Shown: positions 11,257 through 21,331 of the stretch, in pieces
Layout of the letters: the number at the start of each line of letters is the position of its first letter
Numbering within the stretch: position 1 is the stretch's first letter
From: Atractiella rhizophila
Lineage: Eukaryota
Assembly: GCA_021432655.1 (NCBI GenBank)
Contig: MU271289.1
Coordinates: forward strand, 62,001 to 101,887
Length of the DNA: 39,887 nucleotides
Reading direction: 5' to 3'
Position numbers and translations under genes: made by a program
Notes under the pieces: generated by a model
Told to the model about the DNA's origin: nothing
Database searches by the model: none
The model's input: only the letters and a program-made list of their open reading frames with translations

Positions 11257-12031
11257 ATGTCAAACTACTACGAAAACAACATGCTGCCCGGTGTGCGCCG
11301 AATTGTCACGGGACACAATGCTGAAGGGAAAGCCATATTCATTCATGATGAAACTTTCAAGTCAGATCCAGTTGGACGATCGGGCAAAGTTGGATTTAAA
11401 GTGTGTCTTCTTCATCCGCACTTCTACGCAATTTAACGAACATTTATGATAGGCCTTGTATGAGACGGAAAAGGTGCCAGGTAAGGACCTGGGGGAGTTG
11501 TGTAATCCGAGATCAAGCATCTCATTCTGCCTTCATAGCAAACAACGATGATCCTTTCCACGACCCCATGTTTAACGATGTTAACGACATTGCCAACAAA
11601 GAAGGAACGATTTTGAGGATCGTCGATTATGCCCCCACGTCAAAAGATGACAAGCCATATGTCCACCGAACCGAAAGCGTAGATTATGGAATTGTCATGT
11701 CTGGAGAGATCACTTGCGTGCTTGACTCTGGCGAGGAGAAGATAATCCATGCAGGAGACGTCGTCATTCAGCGCGGTAAGTTCTGCGTCCTGCCATTCAC
11801 CTTGCTAAAGCAGCGCAATAGGAACATCTCATGGATGGATCAACCATGGAGAAGAGTGGTGCCGTATTATATTCACCTCCATCGGTCAGTATTCCTTCCT
11901 TCTCATCATCTGCTTTCACGCAAACCCTGGTTGCAGCTACGCATCCTGCAAGAATCGGGGATAAGGTACTTGGAAGGGAAGGCTACCTGCCAGAACATGT
12001 TGCAACAAAGGGCCACAAACCCCCAAAATAA
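11257..12031 (+). CDS. Cupin_2-type protein, copy A
   Basis: RRIVTGHNAEGKA, LRIVDYAP, HRTESVDYGIVMSGEI..LDSGEE..GDVVIQRG and, after an intron, TSHGWIN; ends GHKPPK*. Confidence 0.88.
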
Positions 12032-12340
12032 TTTCCTTTGTGAGTCGTCCTCGAAAAATACGGGACACACGTACCTTAGCTCGCTTTGTCTCAGTTGTAG
12101 CTTCAAAGAAGGAGTTGTGCAAGATTTTCGGTTTAGGGTCAACGATGATCTTGGTGTCTATAAAGTTCTAATGAAAATCTTTCAGTTACAAAACACTGGA
12201 ATATCTCAGGAGTTCTGCTCCGCTGTTTGATGTATGTTATTTCTTCCAAACCCCCGTGTAATGTTCTTGAATCAGCAGGATTAAACAATGCAAATCAGGG
12301 GAGGAATCAATCTAAAGACGTACCTTCAACCAGCAAAAAT

Positions 12341-13553
12341 TCAGATATTTGTGGCAGCAGAAAGATTTGCCGCCTTTTCAAAGTCTTTCAAGAACCTCCA
12401 CCTCCCTATCATCTTCAACTCTCCGCTCCCCCAGGTTAGATGCGCTGGGTACAGAGGCAAGACGTCTAGGAGACTGCTATCGTGCGCAACGATGACAAGA
12501 ACGTCCTGATGGGCGTCGAAAGCTTTCATCCTTTCCAATGAGACCAAAGCTTGATCAAGGTCGACGTTCATGATCGGGCTTAGCTCGTAGAAGGGCATAG
12601 TCCGATAATCCCCCTGCGGCTCTGTAGACGACTGAGGATGTGCATGTTCAAACAGTGAACCGAGGCAGGCCGTGTTGGTGAAAGGCCCATCGAAAGGAGA
12701 CGGAGTGATGCTGGGAGTGGGAGATGAATGGTCGGTCGGAACTCGCCTACATGATGTGCAGTGTCGCCTCCCAAGAAGACAAACTTTGTATCCGAGATTC
12801 GAGCCAGGCCGGCAATGTGGTCGTGAGCTGTGAAAAGATCTCACGTTTCGTTGAAAGAAGATGGAACAGAAAACGACGCACTGTGCCCAGGCGCCTGGAG
12901 GAGATAAAAACTTCCATCTTCAAAATAATCCAACGCCTTCAAGCCTCCGATCTCCAACTCTGCGTTACTGAAGTCAAGTTCTACCAGCTCTCTTCCTTCG
13001 AATGCGTCTTGAACCACGACTGCATCCGGGTTCGCTGGATAGCCAGGATATGTAGCTTTATTGCTTTTGAATCCTGGACCTACAACAAGAGCGGTGGTTT
13101 TTGGGAAGAGGGACGGATCTCCGGTGTGATCAATATGATGATGAGACCATATTATGGCGTTGATGAGTTCGAGGTGGAGTTGGTTGGCTTTTAACTGATC
13201 CGCTACATCCAGAGTAATGTCCATAGCGGCTTTTGCAAACTCGATTTGACCCAGAACTACGAGGTGAGTGTACTCAGTTAATGAAGCATCAACACCCCAA
13301 TAAGTAGAAACATACTTGCAGGGGGCTGCTTCTCCTTCCATGCTTTCATCAACCCGAGGTCAAACAGCACCTTCTTTCCGATCCTTTCGTTCTCAACTAG
13401 AAAGCTGAAGCAGGGGATGTCCAGGATGTCATGCCCAGTGATCTGCCTTGTAACGACATAGGCGGTAGGCACCGTCGTCCGTCCACCGTGGATAAGAGAA
13501 ACACGAACGTTGGTGCCTCGAAAGGCAGGAAGACTTAGGGTATCAGAAGACAT
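12341..13553 (-). pseudogene. Metallo-beta-lactamase-fold hydrolase (lactonase/lactamase-like), copy A, frameshifted
   Basis: VLFDLG, SHHHIDHTGD, APGH and GGDTAHH are present, but 4 nt (GACT on +) are missing at 12710/12711 relative to copy B, shifting the frame before the final VAHD motif. Confidence 0.82.
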
Positions 13554-14781
13554 GTCTGTTACGCTCAGGGCAAGATGATTCAATCTTTCTCAGTCAAAGA
13601 GAAGCCATTTTATATGCTCATTGACTAGGACTGCTGACAATGAAATCGGTGATTGAGATGAACTTGGTCACAATTCAAGCAAAATCTGACATAAATGTCG
13701 ATTCTTCTTGTCGGCACGAGGCAGGAGACGGAGAAAATAGCGACAACACTTGCAATACATTATCACTGCATGCATCTACCTGGGAAGAAGAGGAATCCAA
13801 TGATTTCAAGGAGGTATTCCTCAGGTCGAGTAACGGAAACGTTGTGGATTCAACATGAAGGATTAAACCCCAGTAGTTCATCTTCTCTGCTCATAAACGA
13901 CCAGCCGTAGAGCAATAAGCCCATATTGCATCACGCTGTAGTCTCATAGCACGGAGGAACCAGAGTTCGCCTGCCCAACTCGCTCTTTTGGAAACTGAAC
14001 TCCGACGAACCGATTCGTTGGTGGAGCAGTACTTCGCTCCGGAGACCAAACCGGAGGTATTGATGAGAAAGCTGAAGGAATGCAATAAGTGGTTACCTCC
14101 ACATCTTTTCGGTGTTGAAACTTTGAAGTTCCAGCTAATGTCGATGGAAGGACATCGACCCTTTAAAAGTGCTACGAGGAATGAAATAATCAGGCCAGCA
14201 CTTCTGATGAACTTGAGGAAATCAACAAGATATCCACACTACAACACACAACAGGCAGGGGAAACAGGAACAAGGGTACCTGAATGCCTCCTCGGATAAA
14301 ATAGTTCACTGACTTTTGCACTGAGTTCATGACAATCGCTGTCTCAATGAAGCCACCTCGCCCATTCGACAGTCTGTCGTCCTTAGGGTATGACCTTGAC
14401 TGCCTCCGCATCGTTGGTCAGCCCGAGTGGTGTTGGTTTGAGTTGGATGTAACACGATGATTCGTTCACTGATACAAGTGGTGACAGTCCGAAGTGAGAG
14501 ACCAAGCCAAAAGGTGTACTGTCCCCACGACCTGGAGAACTCTTGGATTTAGGTAATTTGTCGCCTCCACCTCTGCTGTCTCGTCGAGCTGTGTCATGGT
14601 TCGAGCAACAAGGTACTAATAACCGTGTCAAACATAGCATGTGGATCATTTTCGGCTTGAGGATAGAATTTACAACATCGAGGAGTCGAAAACACGCAAA
14701 TTGAGCATCATGGTATGGAGGAGCAAAGAGAGGAGCAAAGACAAACAGAAAACAGAAAACGGGATCGATGATAAAGCATGG

Positions 14782-15213
14782 TTACTTTTTGGAAGGTTTG
14801 GGTCGAGCGAAAGTTCCCGTCTCGAGCACTAACTCTCTCAAGAAGGTATTCTCCTTCCTGAGGCTTTCAGCTTCGCTTGTCAGCTCTTGCACCCTTTCCT
14901 CAAGCTGGGAAGCCGACTTCTTCAGCTCCATCTCTCGCTTCTTCTTCCTTGCTCTAAACTTCGCTGCAATGAGGGATCAATTCAGTCCCAGCTATCAACG
15001 TGAATGGCACAACGCACCCGATGCAATTGTATTCCGTCGTCTGCGCTCTTCAGCACTCTCTTCCCCCTCCTCCTCGCCATCGACGTCTTTTGATTTCTCC
15101 TTCTTCCAGCTCGCTCCATTGCGTAGCTTTGTCTTTGAAGCTGATAAAATATCGTCGATGTCGTTTTCGAACATCCCAGGAGACGAAACTGAGGGAGAAG
15201 TGATGTTTGGCAA
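14782..15213 (-). pseudogene. 5'-truncated copy of the MetR/Cys-3-like bZIP gene; bZIP domain intact, possibly expressed
   Basis: EERRRRNTIAS|AKFRARKKKRE..LEERVQELTSEAESLRKENTFLRELV. Homology to copy B ends at the A22 run. In-frame ATGs at 15174 and, across the junction, 15261. Confidence 0.7.
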
Positions 15214-15917
15214 AAAAAAAAAAAAAAAAAAAAGAGGTTCGCACGTCCAAAATAACTCCATTGCAAACCCAGTCAGGCCTCGAATTCAGTCGTTCTGAAT
15301 TGAAGAGTGCATTTGGATGGTCACCTCTTAAGGCGTCCAGCTCCGTCTCTTAGTCCATATCCTATTCCTCAGTATCCCAAGAAATTGTTGTCGCCCCTAG
15401 TCACCAGCCAGGAGCATAATTCCTCGACTGTTTCCACCAATTGTTCATCGGTTCTCTCGGAGCCTCCCGTCCTGTCCTGCAGTTGAGGGTAGCAATTCTC
15501 CGAGTCAGCTGGCGCATAGTAGCTCCTGGATGCTACTGATGCAAGAAACAGGTGACGTAGCTTAAGCTGATTGTGAGAGCGCGCAGACTCTTTCTTCCTT
15601 TTTACCTGTGCTCACGCGCTCACGCTTCAGGCACACGACGTTGAGAGATGGACGAAGAGTTTTAATCGGATATGGCGCACAATCCTCAGTTCGCTGGTTT
15701 ATTTACAGTGCTTATGCCCGATGCCACGTCTGTATTGACAGTCACCGATCAAGAAAGAGGAGGTGGAGGAAAGGACTCTCCTCTACACAACTTAGAGTCC
15801 GAATTCGGATTACCTTCCCGCAGTGGTACAAAAGTGTTTGAGTCTCTCTCGCCTCCTTTTCCGTCGACTCTATCGTCTAAATCGGCTCAGGACGTTCCAA
15901 CTTGCGAGGGAAATACT

Positions 15918-16691
15918 ATGTCGAACTATTACGCAAACAACAAGCTGCCTGGTGTGCGCCGAATTGTCACGGGTCACAACGCTGAAGGGAAAGCCGTATT
16001 CATTCATGATGAAACTTTCAAGTCAGATCCAGTTGGACGATCGGGCAAAGTGGGATTTAAAGTGTGTCTTCTTCATGTGCATTTCTACGCAACTTAACGA
16101 ACATTTATGATAGGCCTTGTATGAGACGGAAAAGGTGCCAGGTAAGGACTTGGGGAGTTGTGTAATTCGAGATCTCGCATCTCATTTCGCATTCATAGCA
16201 AACAACAATGATCCTTTCCACGACCCCATGTTTAACGATGTTAACGACATTGCCAACAAAGAAGGAACGATTTTGAGGATCGTCGATTATGCCCCTACGT
16301 CAAAAGATGACAAGCCATATGTCCACCGAACCGAAAGCGTGGATTATGGAATTGTCATGTCTGGAGAGATCACTTGCGTGCTTGACTCTGGCGAGGAGAA
16401 GATAATCCATGCAGGAGACGTCGTCATTCAGCGCGGTAAGTTCTGCGTCCTTCCATTCACCTTGCTAAAGCAGCGCAATAGGAACATCTCATGGATGGAT
16501 CAACCATGGAGAAGAGTGGTGCCGTATTGTATTCACCTCCATCGGTCAGTATTCCTTCCTTCTCATCATCTGCTTTCACGCAAACCCTGGTTGCAGCTAT
16601 GCATCCTGCAAGAGTCGGGGATAAGGTACTTGGAAGGGAAGGCTACCTGCCAGAACATGTTGCAACAAAGGGCCACAAACCCCAAAAATAA
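15918..16691 (+). CDS. Cupin_2-type protein, copy B
   Basis: Same motifs and exon layout as copy A: MSNYYANNKLPGVRRIVTGH..HRTESVDYG..QRG|TSHGWIN..GHKPQK*. Confidence 0.88.
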
Positions 16692-17000
16692 TTTCCTTTG
16701 TGAGTCGTCCTCGAAAAATACGGGGCACACGTACCTTAGCTCGCTTTGTCTCAGTTGTAGCTTCAAAGAAGGAGTTGTGCAAGATTTTTGGTTTACGGTC
16801 AACGATGATCTTAGTGTCTATAAAGTTCTAATGAAAATCTTTCAGTTACAAAACACTGGAATATCTCAGGAGTTCTGCTCCGCTGTTTGATGTATGTTAT
16901 TTCTTCCACACCCCCGTGTAATGTTCTTGAATCAGCAGGATTAAACAATGCAAATCAGGGGAGGAATCAATCTAAAGACGTACCTTCAACCAGCAAAAAT

Positions 17001-18217
17001 TCAGATATTTGTGGCAGCAGAAAGATTTGCCGCCTTTTCAAAGTCTTTCAAGAACCTCCACCTCCCTCTCATCTTCAACTCTCCGCTCCCCCAGGTTAGA
17101 TGCGCTGGGTACAGAGGCAAGACGTCTAGGAGACTGCTATCGTGCGCAACGATGACAAGAACGTCCTGATGGGCGTCGAAAGCTTTCATCCTTTCCAATG
17201 AGACCAAAGCTTGATCAAGGTCGACGTTCATGATCGGGCTTAGCTCGTAGAAGGGCATAGTCCGATAATCCCCCTGCGGCTCTGTAGAAGACTGAGGATG
17301 TGCATATTCAAACAGTGAACCGAGGCAGGCCGTGTTGGTGAAAGGCCCATCGAAAGGAGACGGAGTGATGGACTCTGGGAGTGGGAGATGAATGGTCGGT
17401 CGGAACTCGCCTACATGATGTGCAGTGTCGCCTCCCAAGAAGACAAACTTTGTATCCGAGATTCGAGCCAGGCCGGCAATGTGGTCGTGAGCTGTGAAAA
17501 GATCTCACGTTTCGTTGAAAGAAGATGGAACAGAAAACGACGCACTGTGCCCAGGCGCCTGGAGGAGATAAAAACTTCCATCTTCAAAATAATCCAACGC
17601 CTTCAAGCCTCCGATCTCCAACTCTGCGTTACTGAAGTCAAGTTCTACCAGCTCTCTTCCTTCGAATGCGTCTTGAACCACGACTGCATCCGGGTTCGCT
17701 GGATAGCCAGGATATGTAGCTTTATTGCTTTTGAATCCTGGACCTACAACAAGAGCGGTGGTTTTTGGAAAGAGGGACGGATCTCCGGTGTGATCAATAT
17801 GATGATGAGACCATATTATGGCGTTGATGAGTTCGAGAGGGAGTTGGTTGGCTTTTAACTGATCCGCTACATCCTGCGTAATGTCCATAGCGGCTTTTGC
17901 AAACTCGATTTGACCCAGAACTACGAGGTGAGTGTACTCAGTTAATGAAGCATCAACACCCCAATAAGTAGAAACATACTTGCAGGGGGCTGCTTCTCCT
18001 TCCATGCTTTCATCAACCCGAGGTCAAACAGCACCTTCTTTCCGATCCTTTCGTTCTCAACTAGAAAGCTGAAGCATGGGATGTCCAGGATGTCATGCCC
18101 AGTGATTTGCTTCGTAACGACATAGGCGGTAGGCACCGTCGTCCGCCCACAGTGGATAAGAGAAACACGAACGTTGGTGCCTCGAAAGGCAGGAAGACTT
18201 AGGTTATCAGAAGACAT
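17001..18217 (-). CDS. Metallo-beta-lactamase-fold hydrolase (N-acyl-homoserine-lactonase / fungal lactamase-like), copy B, intact
   Basis: Full set of di-metal ligands: HxHxDH (SHHHIDH), PGH, GGD and AHD. FSFLVEN..KVLFDLG N-terminus; two introns. Confidence 0.9.
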
Positions 18218-19465
18218 GTCTGTTACGCTCAGGGAAAGGTGATTCAATCTCTCTCAGTCGAGAAGCTCTTTTATATGCTCATTCACCAGCGTGCTGACAA
18301 TGAAGTCGGTGATTGAGATGAACTTGGTCACAATTCAGCAAAATCTGACATAAATGTCTATTCTTCTTGTCGGCACGAAGCAGGGAGACGGAGAGAATCA
18401 TGAATAGGGACACTTGCAGTACATGCTTACTGCATGTATCTACCTGGAGGGAGGAGGAATCCAAATGATTTCAAGGAGATAGTCCTCAGGTGGAGTGACA
18501 GAAACGTTGTGTATCCAACATGAAGGATTAAACTCCATCAGTTCACCTTCTCTGCTCATAAACGACCAGCCGTAGAGCAATATGCCCATTATTGCATCGC
18601 GCTGTAGTCTCATCGCACGTAGAGCAAACCAGAGTTTGCCTGCTCAACTCGCTCTTCTGCAAACTAAACTCCGACGAACTGATTCGTCAGTGGAGCAGTA
18701 CTTCGCTCCGGAGACCAAACCGGAGGTATTGATGAGAAAGCTGAAGAAATGCAAAAGTGGTTACCTCCACATCTTTATTACGGTGTCGAAGCTTTGAAGT
18801 TCCAGCTAAAGACGATGGAAGGACATCGCCCCCTCCAAATATGCGAAGGAATGAGATAATCCGACCAACAGTTCTGATAAACTTAGGAAATCATCAAGAT
18901 ATCCACGCCACACACACAAGAGGCAGGAGAAACAGGAACAGCGGTACCTGAATGCCACCTCAGATAAAATAGCTCACTAACTTTTGCACTGAGCTCGCGA
19001 CAATCGCCCTCTCAATGATGCCTCCTCGCCCATTGAACAGTCTGTCGTCCTTAGGGTATGACCTTGAGTGAATGCGAAGTCAGTCCTCCGCATCGTTGGT
19101 CCGCCAGTCACGGTGGTGTTGGTTGGAGTTGACTGCAACACATCCGCTGATGCAAGGATGACAGGATGACAGTCCAAATTGAGAGACCAAGCTGGCAGGT
19201 GTACTGTACCTACGACTGAGAGGACTCGAGGATTTAGGTAATTTGTTACCTCCACCTCTGTTGTCTCAAGCTGTTCTCGTGGTTTGGCGGCGGGAGTAAC
19301 AAGGTACTAACAACTTTGTCAACAGAGAACAGAGCATGCGGGTCATTTTCAACCTCGGGATAGAATTTACAACATCGAGGCGTCGAAACATGCAAATTGA
19401 GCATCATGGTATGGAGGAGCACAGACAAACGGAAAACCGGGTCGCGGGTCGACGATAAAGCGTAG

Positions 19466-20177
19466 TTATTTTTTGGAAGGTTTGGGTCGAGCGAAAGTTC
19501 CCGTCTCGAGCACTAACTCTCTCAAAAAGGTATTCTCCTTCCTAAGACTTTCAGCCTCGCTCGTCAACTCTTGCACCCTTTCCTCCAGCTGGGAAGCCGA
19601 TTTCTTCAGCTCCATCTCTCGCTTCTTCTTCCTTGCTCTAAACTTTGCTGCAATGAGGTATCAATTCAGTTTCCCAGATATCAAAGCGAATGGGACAACG
19701 AACCCGACGCAATTGTATTCCGTCGTCTGCGCTCTTCGGCACTCTCTTCCCCCTCCTCCTCGCCATCGACATCCTTTGATTTCTCCTTCTTCCAGCTCGC
19801 TCCGTTGCGTAGCTTTGTCTTTGAAGCTGATAAAATATCGTCGATGTCGTTTTCGAACATCCCAGGAGACGAAACTGAGGGAGAAGTGATGTTTGGCAAG
19901 GAGAGGAACGACTCCTCCAAGAAAGAGCCGCTGGGAGTGGACTGGAGACTGGGACGGTATTGTCGGCTCGTGCCTTGTTGCAAACCCGGACTCGAAGGCG
20001 TTTTAAACGTCTCTGTGTGTACAGTACATCGTCAATCACTTGAAGGAACGAATGAGTGAACGAACGTGTTGACCATAACGTTAAGGAGTCCTGGAGTCCA
20101 GGTTCATCAAGTGGAGAAGGAAAGCCAAAATCAAAATTGGGCGACTCTTTCCTACGATCCTTCGAAGGCCAACTCAT
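19466..20177 (-). CDS. bZIP transcription factor resembling MetR/Cys-3/Zip1 sulfur regulators
   Basis: Spliced basic region RRRRNTIASAKFRARKKKRE plus leucine zipper ending ENTFLRELV. N-terminal QDSLTLWSTQTF resembles the DDLxxWxNxxF element of MetR-type proteins. The orthology is an inference. Confidence 0.8.
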
Positions 20178-20470
20178 TGTGTGAAAGGTTGTGATCCAGG
20201 TCCAAACAGAGAAAAGCCAAAATTTCAGAGGGGAAGAGCATGGCGTTCGCACTATTGCTCACTTATAAATGGATGGAGAATGGCCTCATTTCATGGCGGA
20301 ATGTTGCGCAATCGCGGAGAGGAGTATGAAGGCCATTCAGGAACCTGTCCACCACATCCAAGGCGTTAGTTCGACGCGCTTGCTCGCAATAATTCGCCAT
20401 ATCGTTCTGCGTTATTGTTCTTGAGCTGGGTGAAGGTGTGATGTCGGAATCGGAATCCCGTTTGGCAAAG

Positions 20471-20478
20471 CACGTGAC
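20471..20478 (-). promoter_or_regulatory. GTCACGTG (Cbf1-type site) about 300 bp upstream of the bZIP gene
   Basis: Exact RTCACGTG match upstream of a putative sulfur-regulatory bZIP. Confidence 0.3.
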
Positions 20479-21331
20479 TAAGCTGACTTTGGCTATCATT
20501 CGTTCATGTGCCTTCATTCATGTGCAGAAAGTGCGTTTGCGACCAGCCTGCATTATACGCAGAACCAAATATTGGCGCGGATCTGTTGCTGTCGTAAGGA
20601 GAAGAAGCCGAAAGACGAAGGATATGATTGCGCTCCAAATATTCAAGAAGGATCAAGCTAAACAGGGACAAGAAGTCAAATTCGAATTAAGGACACAAAA
20701 AATCTCTTCCTGGCGCGGTGATGAGGCTTTTTTTGCCCGCCTAACATTGTCAGGGTTGGGCATCCACTCGAACTGGCAGAAGCGTTGACGGCAGCGCCAT
20801 CCGCCTTGCGCTATCAGCCACTGTTCGACAAGCCGGTTAATACAGGTATTTAGCAGATTGGAAACAAAACAGCTTACTTAGAAAAGAGGATGTACAACCT
20901 GGACGCAACATGTGGCATTTTACCAATTAACGATGAATCAACGCGCTCTGATATGGCGTGAAATCCGATCTAAGTTCAAAGATGAGCACAATACTCGCGG
21001 CACGAATCGCAAGACTACTTACCTATGATGTCCAACCAGTTGCTCCACAATGGTGCCTCTACACCAGGTAGAAATTGTGAAGAAATGATTCGCAAAAAAG
21101 GGATACATCCTCTCCATGGACCAACCAGATAGAAATCAGGACAGTTACGAATTATTAACAGCCCTGAAACAATGTACGTCGAACGTAAACAACAAACATT
21201 TGAAGACTAAATGACAAATGACAACGGTTCCGCAATTACAATTCTAAACAGATCTGACAACGATACTCCAGCTCAAAGTAATATAAGGAACAAAAATTTA
21301 TGAGGAAATTCGAAATTCAGAACATCAGGGA

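Larger units (their letters stand above)
10585..19899. repeat. Tandem segmental duplication: copy A ~10585-15213, copy B ~15234-19899, with an A22 run at the junction
   Basis: GAGGTTCGCACGTCCAAAATAACTCC starts at both 10585 and 15234. GAGAAGTGATGTTTGGCAA ends at both 15213 and 19899. Near-identical ORF pairs occur throughout. Confidence 0.97.

Noticed and set aside
10585..15233. Copy A as a retrocopy or non-LTR element ending in poly(A)
   Set aside because: Introns are retained, genes lie on both strands, and I saw no reverse transcriptase ORF or target-site duplication.
20695..20840. Possible Pol III/tRNA-like element on the - strand (A-box-like TAGCGCAAGGCGG, GTTCGA, T-run)
   Set aside because: I could not build a cloverleaf, and the B-box match is imperfect.
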